Assembly (NCBI GenBank): GCA_041178085.1
Contig: JBEGVZ010000006.1
Coordinates: 19,115-83,114, forward strand
From: Pseudomonadota bacterium
GTDB taxonomy: Bacteria; Bdellovibrionota_B; Oligoflexia; Oligoflexales; RGVZ01
Direction: 5' to 3'
Length of the DNA: 64,000 nt
The translations under genes and the position numbers were made by a program. This document shows positions 28,114 through 38,544 of the stretch, piece after piece. The first letter of the stretch is position 1. The number at the start of each line of letters is the position of its first letter. The notes under the pieces are model-generated. The model saw only the letters and a program-made list of their open reading frames with translations. It was not told the DNA's origin and searched no databases.

Positions 28114-28797
28114 ATGGCAATCGCACTCAAATCAGTCAGCAAGGCGTACTCAAGAAACCAGCAAACAGTTCCCGTCCTGAGCGGACTGGAGTTTGCAGCA
28201 CCTGAAGGCAAAACCATCGCCATAACCGGACCTTCGGGCAGCGGCAAGTCCACCTTGCTAGGACTCCTCGCGGGACTGGATCACCCGGACTCGGGAACGA
28301 TTGAGCTGGCAGGTAAAAAGCTGACGGGAATGTCGGAAGAAGCCTTGGCCAAGTTTCGCGCCCAGCACGTAGGGATTGTGTTCCAACAGTTTCACCTGCT
28401 GCAGACGCTCACGGCACTGGAGAACGTATCGCTACCACTTGAAATTGCCGGCAATCGTTCTGCGCGCGATGAGGCGCTCAAGCGCTTGGAGGCCGTGGGC
28501 CTTTCGGGCCGGACTGGACACTTACCGTCGGAGCTGAGTGGGGGTGAATGCCAGCGCGTCGCAATCGCACGGGCGCTCGTCGTGAAACCCAAGATCCTTC
28601 TTGCTGACGAGCCCAGCGGCAATCTGGACACCAGAACTGGCGAGAAAATCACGGAATTGCTGTTCGAACTGGTCAGAAAAGAGGGGACCACGCTGATCCT
28701 CGTTACCCACAACGAGGAACTTGCCCGGCGGTGTGACCTCAGGTTCCATCTGCGCGATGGCAAACTTCACGCGGCTCCGGCAGGAAATCTTGCATGA
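28114..28797 (+). CDS. ABC transporter ATP-binding protein (YbbA/LolD-like)
   Basis: GPSGSGKST, LSGGECQR, LLADEP. Confidence 0.93.
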   Translation: MAIALKSVSKAYSRNQQTVPVLSGLEFAAPEGKTIAITGPSGSGKSTLLGLLAGLDHPDSGTIELAGKKLTGMSEEALAKFRAQHVGIVFQQFHLLQTLTALENVSLPLEIAGNRSARDEALKRLEAVGLSGRTGHLPSELSGGECQRVAIARALVVKPKILLADEPSGNLDTRTGEKITELLFELVRKEGTTLILVTHNEELARRCDLRFHLRDGKLHAAPAGNLA

Positions 28798-31415
28798 TAT
28801 GGCTTCGCCTCGCATGGCGTGAAATTGTCAATTCACGCAGGTTTGCAGCATTCTTCATGCTGAACATTGCGCTTGGCCTGGTCGGCTTCATCATGGTTGC
28901 TGCGCTCAAGTCTTCGATTGACCAAAGCCTCCGTGGCAAATCCCGGGAGATCCTGGGCGCAGACTTGAGTGTTTCTGCTTTCCGTCCGTTGACGAACGAG
29001 GAAACAACGCTGATCGACAACATGATGCCCCCCGGCACCGAAGTGGCGGGGGAATTCGGCTGGATCAGCATGGTGTCAGTGCCGCAAACCCAACCGGGAA
29101 CTCCGGCGCCACCGGCCCGGCTTATGGAGATCCGGGCTGTAGATCCCCGATTCCCATTCTACGGACAAGTTGAATTTACCGGTATCGACGGAAAAACCGG
29201 AGATGGCACGATCTTCAAGCAGATGGACACGCAACCCATCGCGATCGCCGGACCAGAACTTTTCTACCAGCTTGATCGCAAACCTGGTGATGAGATCCGG
29301 ATCGGAGACCAGATATTCACCCTCGCGGGCACCATAACATCCGATCCTTCGACATCAAGTGCGAGTTTTTCAATTGCACCGCGTCTTTACATGGGCCGGG
29401 CATGGGCCGACAGGACCGGACTGATCCAACGCGGAAGCCGCCTTACCCACGCACGCCTTTACCGGATCACAGCGCGGGATTTTGACATCGCACCCCTTGA
29501 GGCACAAATCAAGGAAGCACTCAAAACAAAAACTGAAATCCGCATAAGAAGCCACGAATCGGCTACCGACGAACTTGCACGGATCCTGAAATTCCTTGGC
29601 GACTATCTGGGCGTTGTTTCGATCATCGCGATCCTTCTTGCGGGCATAGGCGGCAACTATCTGATCTTTGCCCACGTCCGCGGCAAGATAAAAGAGCTGG
29701 CAATCCTGCAGGCGATCGGTGCAATGCCATCGGCTACCCGCTGGATCACATTGTGGCAAATGGTGATCCTTGGCTCTGCAGGCGCTGGGCTGGCTGTCGT
29801 CCTATCGTCAGCCATGCTGCCAGCCTTGCGGGATCTTCTGGCACCGTTTCTTGGCGCCAGCATCCACATCACAACCCAACCTGCATCCGTTTTTACGGCG
29901 ATTTTGCTAGGCGCTCTGGGAGCGCCTGTGGCGGCACTTCCGGTCTTTGCCCACATCAAGGGAATGAATGCCGCCCAACTTTTTCAGGAGCACGAACACG
30001 CCACGCCAATGCCGCCACGGCAGTGGATCCTGCCAGCCTTGCCGTCCATCATCGTGATCTTCGGACTTGCAGCATGGCAAACCAAGAGCTTGCTCGCCGG
30101 CCTGTTGTTCCTGTTTGTCACTGGTGCGTCAGCCTTGATACTGGGAGTGGCCGGCGTGACGTTCCTGAAAGCGATTGCATGGCTGGCGGCCTTCACAACC
30201 GGATCAAACCAAAGCAGCGCGAGCACGCCATGGGCGCTGATGATGGCGCTTCGCAGCATGAGCCGTGCACGTCAGACAACCCTCATCTCTTTTGTCACGA
30301 TGGGCCTTTGCGCAGCCTTGGTCAGCGCGGTGCCCCAAGTGCGGGCGATTCTGACGTCAGAGCTCAAGACGACAAAAACAGGAACCATGCCGGGCCTTTT
30401 CCTGTTTGACGTCCAACCGGAACAGGAACCAGAGATCCGCGCGTGGCTTGATTCAAAGGGCGCTCGCGTGGATCAGATGTCGCCCCTGATCCGGGCGCGC
30501 TTGGAGGAAATCAACGGCGTAAAACTAGGTGACACATTTGACAACATTCCCGGCACGCGCGAGCGGGAGACCGAGGAACGATTCAAAAACCGGACTTATA
30601 ATCTCTCGGTCCGCGGCAATTTGTCGGCCAGTGAGCAATTGGTCGATGGCCGTCCGTTTGAAACAGTGCGCCACGATCCAGGGCGTCAGTCCTTGCCAGA
30701 GATCTCCATTGAAAAGAGATTCTCGGAACGTACAGGGATCAAGATCGGGGATGAGCTGCTCTTCAATATACAGGGCGTGATGATCAAAGGCCGGGTGGTA
30801 AACCTGCGACGAGTTCGTTGGGCCAGCTTCCAGCCAAATTTTTTCGTTCAGTTCCAGGAAGGGGTCATCGACGATGCCCCTCGAACCTTCATCGGCACCA
30901 TCCCCGAGCTAGGTTTTGAAGCCACGCAGTCACTGCAAAGGGAGATGGCACAAAAATTCCCCAACGTATCGGTGGTCGATGTGAAATCTGCGGTCGAAAG
31001 AATCCTCGGCATTTCCGACCAGATCACCCTTGCCGTCACCGTCATGGCCATCATGTGCCTGGTCGCAGGCCTGGGGGTACTGGTATCGATCACCATACAA
31101 CAGGCGAGAAGACGCGCCTTCGAGACTGCACTGCTGAAGGTTCTGGGCGCAAGTTTCAGCTCAGTGTACCAGCGCACGCTCGCCGAATCTGTGCTGACCG
31201 CACTTTTTGCCTCTGCCTGCGGATTCGTGGTCAGCTTTGGCGTTGCATGGGTCTTGTCACGCTTCGTCTTTGACGGCATCTGGGTCTTTGCATGGCGCGA
31301 CGCGGCAGCACCGGCAGCCGTGATCCTTGTCCTTACCGTGGTTGTGACGATGGCTTTCTCGCGTTTGACGTTGGGGACAAAACCCCGGGCATTGCTTCAG
31401 GACACAAACCATTAG
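28794..31415 (+). CDS. ABC transporter permease (YbbP/FtsX-like)
   Basis: LAWRE, LGADL, FPFYG, two FtsX-type halves, FQPNFF; tesA-ybbA-ybbP-like context. Confidence 0.9.
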   Translation: MIWLRLAWREIVNSRRFAAFFMLNIALGLVGFIMVAALKSSIDQSLRGKSREILGADLSVSAFRPLTNEETTLIDNMMPPGTEVAGEFGWISMVSVPQTQPGTPAPPARLMEIRAVDPRFPFYGQVEFTGIDGKTGDGTIFKQMDTQPIAIAGPELFYQLDRKPGDEIRIGDQIFTLAGTITSDPSTSSASFSIAPRLYMGRAWADRTGLIQRGSRLTHARLYRITARDFDIAPLEAQIKEALKTKTEIRIRSHESATDELARILKFLGDYLGVVSIIAILLAGIGGNYLIFAHVRGKIKELAILQAIGAMPSATRWITLWQMVILGSAGAGLAVVLSSAMLPALRDLLAPFLGASIHITTQPASVFTAILLGALGAPVAALPVFAHIKGMNAAQLFQEHEHATPMPPRQWILPALPSIIVIFGLAAWQTKSLLAGLLFLFVTGASALILGVAGVTFLKAIAWLAAFTTGSNQSSASTPWALMMALRSMSRARQTTLISFVTMGLCAALVSAVPQVRAILTSELKTTKTGTMPGLFLFDVQPEQEPEIRAWLDSKGARVDQMSPLIRARLEEINGVKLGDTFDNIPGTRERETEERFKNRTYNLSVRGNLSASEQLVDGRPFETVRHDPGRQSLPEISIEKRFSERTGIKIGDELLFNIQGVMIKGRVVNLRRVRWASFQPNFFVQFQEGVIDDAPRTFIGTIPELGFEATQSLQREMAQKFPNVSVVDVKSAVERILGISDQITLAVTVMAIMCLVAGLGVLVSITIQQARRRAFETALLKVLGASFSSVYQRTLAESVLTALFASACGFVVSFGVAWVLSRFVFDGIWVFAWRDAAAPAAVILVLTVVVTMAFSRLTLGTKPRALLQDTNH

Positions 31416-32647
31416 ATCGATGGACCGTCGCCGCTTTCATCAAGAAGCAGCGCCGCCATCCATAAAAAATCTGTCCCTGAAAACGTGATGGAACATTCGC
31501 GTCGCTTCTCCAGCGCCTGGACGCCGGGCCTCTGCCATACATAGTCCGCACGCCGATCACAATCAGCAGGCAAGCGATCGTCAGGAAAGGCTGTCATGGC
31601 CATGAGCTGGGCCGCCATCGCCCGCCGCTTTTGCACCGACAGTGTATCTCCCGATGTCCGCCAAGCCAGCCAACGAAAGAAAAGATTCTCAGGTTCAGCA
31701 ATGTAGAGGGACCGAGCCGTCCAAGCCTGGCGAAGTTCGCGTAATTGACCTGGGATCAAGGGATCAATCACGGTGGAAAGAGGGTCCACGACGTTCGCCG
31801 AAGGTCGGCTGCCGGGCGCCTTTTGCCGCGCAATTTCCATCTCCAACCAAAGGGTAAGTGCGACCAGGTGGGACCGATAATCACCCGTTGTCGTCAACGC
31901 GTCGAACTCTGTTGTCCAGAAGCTCATGCCAAGCTGGGAACCCTGCTGCCCCTGGTAATGTGCAATTTCATCAAACGCCGCGCGCAGACCGGGACTCATA
32001 AAGCTGACATAGAACGGCCCACGCGAGATGTAACCACTGAATCGCCACAAGTCGCTGCGGGTCAGGTCGATGGCATCTGTCGAGCCTGGGGGATTCTGGG
32101 AAAAGGCGGCCATCAAGCCCAGGATCATGTCACGGGACAGTGCCTTGTCCCGACAGCGTGGATGACGCCACCACCCACGTTCCGCATGACGGCTTTTCTG
32201 GATTGCTTCCCAGCCTGCCCGGGCAAGTTCGTAGTGTCCGAGCTTTTGCAGCGCAACGTAACGCAAGCTAGAGAACAACAGGGAGTCACACTGGTGAGTC
32301 GCTGACCCATCTGCCCTGCGATCAACGACCATGCCGTCTTCAAGGTTGGTTTGCTGGCTCCACTCTGCGTAGTCAGCAGCCTTCGCGGCCAGGCGTTGAC
32401 CGGTTTCAGTCATCCGGAAAGGGACAGGCTGGATACCCTCGACGGATTGTCCGGATTCAAGGACAAGCGATTTCGCCATGAGGTGCGATGCGCGCTTCTG
32501 GTTGATCAGGCTGTAGCTCACCACGACAAAGTGAGTGACAACAACGTACAGGGCGAAAATAGCAGACGGCGCAGCCACCCAGACAAAGAATGCACGAAAT
32601 TTTTTTTTAGTTTGTTTGCGCATAAGAGGGCGGGGAGCGATCCCCAT
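31412..32647 (-). CDS. Membrane-anchored hypothetical protein (helical domain)
   Basis: 411 aa; basic N-terminus plus TM anchor; W/H/C-containing motifs CDSLLFS, GWWRHP, SRDMILG. Confidence 0.7.
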   Translation of the reverse strand: MGIAPRPLMRKQTKKKFRAFFVWVAAPSAIFALYVVVTHFVVVSYSLINQKRASHLMAKSLVLESGQSVEGIQPVPFRMTETGQRLAAKAADYAEWSQQTNLEDGMVVDRRADGSATHQCDSLLFSSLRYVALQKLGHYELARAGWEAIQKSRHAERGWWRHPRCRDKALSRDMILGLMAAFSQNPPGSTDAIDLTRSDLWRFSGYISRGPFYVSFMSPGLRAAFDEIAHYQGQQGSQLGMSFWTTEFDALTTTGDYRSHLVALTLWLEMEIARQKAPGSRPSANVVDPLSTVIDPLIPGQLRELRQAWTARSLYIAEPENLFFRWLAWRTSGDTLSVQKRRAMAAQLMAMTAFPDDRLPADCDRRADYVWQRPGVQALEKRRECSITFSGTDFLWMAALLLDESGDGPSI

Positions 32648-32694
32648 CAGGACCCTCTCCCCACAGGAAGAGAACGGACAATGCGCAAAAAATT

Positions 32695-32722
32695 AAAACC
32701 CGCCCAGGTTTGGGCGGGTTTT
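32695..32722 (-). terminator. Intrinsic terminator downstream of ALDH (possibly bidirectional)
   Basis: Perfect inverted repeat AAAACCCGCCCA-GGTT-TGGGCGGGTTTT with A/T tracts on both sides. Confidence 0.85.
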
Positions 32723-32761
32723 TACATTGGTTTCAGGATCTTGCGTTACATTAGGGCGACC

Positions 32762-34324
32762 TTAAATCTGCACCTTGAAAGCCAGGTTCGGCTCCACGTA
32801 GGCAGTCTCCATCTGGGCTAGTTGGAGCTTTCCAGACATGTCCCAGTTGACGGCGTGCCATTTCGTGAATTGATCAAGAACCCAGATTCCTGACTGTCTG
32901 CCGCCGTTTCCGCTCTTGCCATTGCCACCAAATGGAAGGTGCGCCTCGGCGCCGGTGGTGGAGTTGTTGATGCTCGACATGCCGGCCGTAATGCCTTGCT
33001 TGAAGCGATAAACCAGCGACGGGTTATTGGTATAAACCGCAGAGGACAAGCCGTAGCCGTGGTCATTGGCCATGGTGAGCGCCTCCTCGAAATCCTGGAA
33101 CTTCATGACGTTGAAAAGCGGACCAAAAGTCTCTGTCCGGTAAATCTTGTCGGTCATCTTCACGTTCAACAAGATGTTCGGACGGGCGTAGAAACCGTTT
33201 TCCGCGTCACCTTTGAAGTGGCTCCAATCGACACCGTGGCCAATCCAGCCACCTTTTCCAAGCGGCATCTCATGGTGTTTCTCCACCAACGTTTCCAAGT
33301 GGGAGAGGTGATTTTTCAGAAAGCGTTCGCTGATGAGCGGCCCGTACATGATGTCCTGCCGCATCGGATCACCGATGACAACTTTCGATGCCCGATCGAC
33401 GAGCTTGCCCACAAACTCATCGTGGATGGCAGCATCGAGGATTAGATTGCCGAGTGAAGTACACCGTTGGCCTCCGGTGCCAAATCCACTGAACAATGCA
33501 CCTTCCACTGCAAGATTGATGTCGGCGTCGCGACACACGATCATCGGGTTTTTACCACCAAGTTCAAGACAAGGAACCTGCAGGTTTCGTCCGCAAGCCT
33601 CGCCTATGCGTCGTCCGACTTCGGTCGAACCAGTGAAACCGATCTTGTCAAAAAGACCTTCGTCGATCAGTTCGACCATGGCTGCGCCGGTGGTCGGACC
33701 CTGGCCAAAGACCGTATTGAACACTCCCCGCGGCAATCCAGCCTGGTGCAGGAGTTCGGTGAACCAATAGCTGGTCGCAGGAGCATCCTCGCTCGGTTTC
33801 CAGACACACGTGTTGCCGGCGACAAGCGCCGGAACAAAATACCAGGAAGGGACTGCGAACGGAAAATTACAGGCTGTCATGCACCCAAAAACGCCCACCG
33901 GACGCCGGTAGGTGAAAAGTTCCTTGTTGGGCATTTCTGACGGGACGGTCTGGCCATAAAGGCGGCGTCCTTCCGAAATAAAAAAGTTACAGGTATCAAC
34001 TGCTTCCTGAACTGATCCCAAAGCCTCACGAAGTGGTTTACCGATTTCACGGGCCACCACCTTGGCCAACGCTTCTTTATTCTCTTCAATCAGGCGTCCG
34101 AAGTTTGCGATGATCCCGGCACGCACGGGGGCCGGGGTCTGCGACCATGACTTGAATGCCTTGCGAGCGGCATGCGCAGCTTCGCGGACCTGGTCCTTGC
34201 CGGCCTCGCCGAACTCACCGATGACGTCCTTGCGGTTTGCGGGATTGATGCTCGAAAAAGTCGCACCACGGCCCTCGATCCATGTTCCATCGATATATGC
34301 TGACAGCTTGCGGTTCTTGTACAT
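32762..34324 (-). CDS. Aldehyde dehydrogenase family protein
   Basis: NFP, KPSE, FTGST, LELGGKN, GQRCTS, ETFGP, PFGG; start ATG 34324 after AGGAGG. Confidence 0.95.
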   Translation of the reverse strand: MYKNRKLSAYIDGTWIEGRGATFSSINPANRKDVIGEFGEAGKDQVREAAHAARKAFKSWSQTPAPVRAGIIANFGRLIEENKEALAKVVAREIGKPLREALGSVQEAVDTCNFFISEGRRLYGQTVPSEMPNKELFTYRRPVGVFGCMTACNFPFAVPSWYFVPALVAGNTCVWKPSEDAPATSYWFTELLHQAGLPRGVFNTVFGQGPTTGAAMVELIDEGLFDKIGFTGSTEVGRRIGEACGRNLQVPCLELGGKNPMIVCRDADINLAVEGALFSGFGTGGQRCTSLGNLILDAAIHDEFVGKLVDRASKVVIGDPMRQDIMYGPLISERFLKNHLSHLETLVEKHHEMPLGKGGWIGHGVDWSHFKGDAENGFYARPNILLNVKMTDKIYRTETFGPLFNVMKFQDFEEALTMANDHGYGLSSAVYTNNPSLVYRFKQGITAGMSSINNSTTGAEAHLPFGGNGKSGNGGRQSGIWVLDQFTKWHAVNWDMSGKLQLAQMETAYVEPNLAFKVQI

Positions 34325-34392
34325 GACACATCCTCCTGGGTCGGGGTAACATCCCCCAAAAGCCCGCAGACTGCAACAACGAGGGTGATCCA

Positions 34393-34626
34393 TTGAGCAA
34401 CGAAGAGGAACGCCGGAAGGCCGCCAGGTGCCCGGTTTGCCAGGGCCCTGCAGTGATCCACGACGCGGCCACGGGCCATATCCGATGCCGTAACTCACTG
34501 TGTATACAGAACCATGCCAGCCAAAAATGTCCGCGGTGTGGCTCCGAGACCATCGCGGATGTCCGGCCAAAAAAAGACAAGTCAGGTCACGAGTATACGT
34601 GCGCGGACTGCGCGCACGTCTGGTAG
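34393..34626 (+). CDS. Small double zinc-ribbon protein
   Basis: CPVC, CRNSLC, CPRC, CADC in 77 aa; TTG start with GAGGG upstream. Confidence 0.75.
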   Translation: MSNEEERRKAARCPVCQGPAVIHDAATGHIRCRNSLCIQNHASQKCPRCGSETIADVRPKKDKSGHEYTCADCAHVW

Positions 34627-34724
34627 CTGCCCGGGTGCTGAAAAGGGGTGAGATGCAAGGCGCGACGCCGACGAGGACCGGAGGCAAGGAGCAACGCCGC
34701 TGATCGCCCCTTTTCAGCACCCTG

Positions 34725-36014
34725 TCAGCCGCCGACGGTGCCGGCCATGTCGAATACCGGCAAGTACATGGCGATAACGATGAAGCCGACGACCGAGCCG
34801 ATACTGACAATCATTACGGGTTCTATCAGGGAAAGCATGGTCTTTACGGCAAGGTCGACTTCCTCTTCGTAAAACTCAGCCACTTTCATCAACATCTCGT
34901 CGAGGGCTCCGGTGGCCTCACCTACCTCAACCATGGAGATCACCATGGGTGGGAAAAGGCCGTCCTTGGTCAAGGGGGTGCTGAACTTGACTCCCTGCTC
35001 AATCTCGGCGCGGACATTGAGGATAAATTCCTCAACCCTCTTGTTCCCTGCGGACGCTGCGCAAATGTTCAGTGCTTCGAGCAGGTTCACACCGGCCTTG
35101 AGCATGGTGGAAAGGGTCGAGCAAAAACGTCCGACTGAAACCTTCCTGACCAGGTCACCAATGACCGGCGCAAGAAGCATCGCACGGTCAAATTGACGCC
35201 GGCCTGGCTCGGTATTGCGATAAAAGTTGAGACCGACGATGGTCACTATGATACCGGCGAAGACGAACAAGACGTTGTCACGGAAAAAATTGGAAATATC
35301 CACCACGACCTGGGTCAATGCCGGAAGCTCCCGGCCTGACTCCTGGAACTGCTTCGCAAAGGTTGGCACGACAAATGCCAGCAATGCTGAAATCACAGCC
35401 GTAGCAGCAACCACCACGACTGCCGGGTAAACCATGGCGGACTTCACCTGGGATTTGATCTTCGCAGCTTTCTCGATATACGTGGTCAAACGCATCAGAA
35501 TGTTGTCGAGACTTCCGCTGGTCTCTCCCGCGCGCACCATCGCCACGTAAAGTGTATCGAAGATCGCTTTGTGGCTACGCATTGCCTCACTAAGCGTCTT
35601 GCCGTTTTCCACGTCATTCTGAACCTTCCGCAGCGCCGCGCCAAAAACCAGGTTCTTTTGCGAGGAACCCAGAACACTCAAGGCCTGGATCAAGGGCACT
35701 CCACTGGAGAGCATGGTTGCCAGCTGCTTGGTGAATACGACAACTTCCCGTATCCCGGGAGCGCCGCTCCCAATAATGATCTGCATGTTCCCGGCTTGGT
35801 CCCGGACCATCTTGAACAGGACAAGGTTGATTTCATCGGAAGATGCCGCACCACTTTTACTTCCGGCTTTTGCGGCGTTCTTCTTCTGGATCGAGATGAC
35901 TTTCTTGCCTTCACGCGTCAGGCGAGAACGCACAACGGAGTCGGAAGGGCCGGTCATCACGCCCTCGACGCTTGATCCGTCCTTGTTTCTCGCCTTGTAC
36001 GCAAATTCAGCCAT
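34725..36014 (-). CDS. pilC: Type IV pilus platform protein PilC (GspF family)
   Basis: FAYKARN, FTKQLATMLSSGVPL, AGETSGSL, AMVYP, VGEATGAL, AMYLPVF. Confidence 0.93.
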   Translation of the reverse strand: MAEFAYKARNKDGSSVEGVMTGPSDSVVRSRLTREGKKVISIQKKNAAKAGSKSGAASSDEINLVLFKMVRDQAGNMQIIIGSGAPGIREVVVFTKQLATMLSSGVPLIQALSVLGSSQKNLVFGAALRKVQNDVENGKTLSEAMRSHKAIFDTLYVAMVRAGETSGSLDNILMRLTTYIEKAAKIKSQVKSAMVYPAVVVVAATAVISALLAFVVPTFAKQFQESGRELPALTQVVVDISNFFRDNVLFVFAGIIVTIVGLNFYRNTEPGRRQFDRAMLLAPVIGDLVRKVSVGRFCSTLSTMLKAGVNLLEALNICAASAGNKRVEEFILNVRAEIEQGVKFSTPLTKDGLFPPMVISMVEVGEATGALDEMLMKVAEFYEEEVDLAVKTMLSLIEPVMIVSIGSVVGFIVIAMYLPVFDMAGTVGG

Positions 36015-36041
36015 CGTTTGTCCAAATATCCGGGTTTAAAT

Positions 36042-37769
36042 TCAAGCCGCTGCGATCTGCGGCGTTTCGCCGTCGTCATCGGGAGCCGTATTTTGCACAG
36101 CCTCTGTAAAAGATATTTGTCCGGATGCCATTTTCATCAGCGCAGACTGACGAAGGGTGCGCATCCCATTGGCCATCGCAACCCGCTTCAACTCCATTGA
36201 TGCCGCATTGCGCATGATTGCCTCGCGGACAGGATCGTTCACTTTCAGAATTTCATGGACTGCAACCCGACCCTTGTTCCCGGTATTGCCACACAAACTG
36301 CATCCGGCGCCCTTCATTGGCTTGATCCGCGAAGCAAACTGGGGCGATATCCCGGCACGGGCCAACATATCGGGCGTCACGGACTCATCGGTCGTCTTGC
36401 ATTTCATACAAATCTTGCGGACAAGGCGCTGTGCCGTGATGCAATTGAGGGCTGACACAAGGTTGAATCCCTCGACGCCCATGTTAAGCAAACGGTTGAT
36501 CGTATCGGGCGCACTGTTGGTGTGCAGAGTTGACAACACCATGTGGCCAGTGAGCGCTGCCTTGACCGCAATCTCTGCCGTTTCCAGGTCCCGGATCTCT
36601 CCGACCATGATGATGTCTGGATCCTGCCGCAGGAAAGATTTCAGAGCTTCCGCAAAGGTCAGCCCGATATCAGGCTTGGTCTGAACCTGATTGATGCCTT
36701 CGATATTGTATTCGACTGGGTCTTCCGCGGTCATGATGTTGTCGCTCTCCTGGTTCAGTTCCGAGAGAGCGGAGTAAAGGGTGGTGGTCTTTCCCGAACC
36801 TGTGGGGCCGGTCACAAGCACCATGCCGTAAGGGCTGTGAATCGAGGCCATGAACTTGTCGAGCTGGTCCTGATCCAGGCCAAGCTGGGTCATGTCGACT
36901 TTCAGCGCAGACTTGTCGAGGATACGAAGTACGATCTTCTCGCCGTAAACTGTCGGAAGGGTACTTACCCGGTAGTCCACGGGATTGGAGCCCATCAGGA
37001 TGTTGATCGCGCCGTCCTGTGGAAGGCGGCTTTCGGCGATGTCGAGGCGGGACATGATCTTGATACGTGTCATCAGGGCCGCCTTCATGTTTGCGGGCGG
37101 TCGAGTAAGCTCCAGAAGTACACCGTCGATCCGCAAACGGACCCGCACATAGGTCTCATAAGGTTCGATATGGATGTCAGACGCACCGCGTGACTGCGCC
37201 TCCAGCAGGATGTAGTTGACCAGTTTGATGACCGGTCCATCCGTATCAAGGTTACCGGCTCCGATCTGGGTACGCTTGACGCCCAGCACATCCACGGCAG
37301 TTTCAAGATCCTTGCCCTGCCGTTCCAGTTCTGAAAGATCGCCCGAGCTGCGACCGTAGTATTTTGCCAGGGCATCGATGATGTGACTTTCGGCCGCCAG
37401 GACCGGGCGTGCGAACAAACCTGTCTTGAAGCGGACAGTGTTGATCGTCTCCAGTTCCCGCGGGTCGGCCATGGCGATGGTGACCTCATTCGGGCCTTGG
37501 GCGACCGGGATCACCTTCAATTTCATAGCTACTTCGCGAGGTACCAGCTCTACGATGGTACGGGGAATGTCCATTTCGTCGAGACGAATCTTGGGGACAC
37601 GGTAAACCTGGGACATCGCTTCCAGAAAGCGATCCATGGGGACCAGCTCCAGGACCTCGATCGCATACGTCAGGCTGACTTCGGACTTTACCGCATGGAC
37701 CTCGGCCTTCTGCAGCTGCTCTTCCGACAAGCCCAGAGCTTTTTTGATAATTTCTCGAAAAGTAACCAT
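36042..37769 (-). CDS. pilB: Type IV pilus assembly ATPase PilB (GspE family)
   Basis: ASDIHIEP, RLPQDG, GPTGSGKTTT, LRQDPD, GEIRD, TGHMVLSTLHTN, Cys tetrad CMKC/CSLC. Confidence 0.95.
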   Translation of the reverse strand: MVTFREIIKKALGLSEEQLQKAEVHAVKSEVSLTYAIEVLELVPMDRFLEAMSQVYRVPKIRLDEMDIPRTIVELVPREVAMKLKVIPVAQGPNEVTIAMADPRELETINTVRFKTGLFARPVLAAESHIIDALAKYYGRSSGDLSELERQGKDLETAVDVLGVKRTQIGAGNLDTDGPVIKLVNYILLEAQSRGASDIHIEPYETYVRVRLRIDGVLLELTRPPANMKAALMTRIKIMSRLDIAESRLPQDGAINILMGSNPVDYRVSTLPTVYGEKIVLRILDKSALKVDMTQLGLDQDQLDKFMASIHSPYGMVLVTGPTGSGKTTTLYSALSELNQESDNIMTAEDPVEYNIEGINQVQTKPDIGLTFAEALKSFLRQDPDIIMVGEIRDLETAEIAVKAALTGHMVLSTLHTNSAPDTINRLLNMGVEGFNLVSALNCITAQRLVRKICMKCKTTDESVTPDMLARAGISPQFASRIKPMKGAGCSLCGNTGNKGRVAVHEILKVNDPVREAIMRNAASMELKRVAMANGMRTLRQSALMKMASGQISFTEAVQNTAPDDDGETPQIAAA

Positions 37770-37867
37770 GCCGGTTTTATCGGCATCGGAGCAAAATTGT
37801 TAACGTCTGGGAGCAGGATTATGCCGCTGCAAGGCGGAGATCGACCGGATACGGCTTTGGTAAAAAA

Positions 37868-38533
37868 TCAAAAGTTGCCGATTTCCGTACCGTAAATGCG
37901 CTTTGCGCCGGCATGGCTATGGCGGACGGCCTTTAGCTGAACCCAGGCCAGACGGGCGAGCATGGCTTGCTCGTCAAAATCAACCGATTTAATTAAACTT
38001 TTCAGATACTTGCGGATGATTTGAGCCACCTGAGGCGGATGTACGATCAGACCATTGCCCAGCCAGGCCGAATCTCCGTCTGGAAACACAAACCCCTGAA
38101 ACAACGCACCCACGGTGAAACCGCGGAAGCTCTCATTGTGCTTGCGGCGCACATTGTAGCCATCCCCAGTCCGCAGATCCCGGATGGTCATGCCGTCTTC
38201 CGGCGACACAGTGAGGATTTCAAAAACCGAGTGCCGGAAGGACTCCATCGCCTCGATCAGCTTGCCGCCCCTTTCGGGGTCGTCGATAAGGGCCGGAGCG
38301 AAACGCAGGAATGGGGTTGCCGGACCCTGGCCAGGAAGCGGGCGAAGCAAAACAAAATGGTCCAGGAAATAACTCATACGCGATTCAAAGAAAGGGTCTT
38401 CGGGGAAGACCTTGCCGAAGAGGGTATGGAATTCGTCCTTTGCGCGCACAAAGGCATCCTTGCCAAACTCCTGCTCGGAGCGCATGACTACGGCCTCGAT
38501 CAGCTGGTCTGTCGTCTGGGGGCTGGCAGTCAC
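37868..38533 (-). CDS. Hypothetical cytoplasmic protein
   Basis: 221 aa ORF co-oriented in the ihfA-pduO-pilB run, GAGG RBS. Confidence 0.75.
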   Translation of the reverse strand: MTASPQTTDQLIEAVVMRSEQEFGKDAFVRAKDEFHTLFGKVFPEDPFFESRMSYFLDHFVLLRPLPGQGPATPFLRFAPALIDDPERGGKLIEAMESFRHSVFEILTVSPEDGMTIRDLRTGDGYNVRRKHNESFRGFTVGALFQGFVFPDGDSAWLGNGLIVHPPQVAQIIRKYLKSLIKSVDFDEQAMLARLAWVQLKAVRHSHAGAKRIYGTEIGNF

Positions 38534-38544
38534 TGGCGTTTACC

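Noticed and set aside
34325..34810. 162-aa N-terminal extension of the 682-aa ALDH ORF
   Set aside because: Strong AGGAGG RBS before ATG 34324; the extension is non-homologous and overlaps the Zn-ribbon gene and the pilC end
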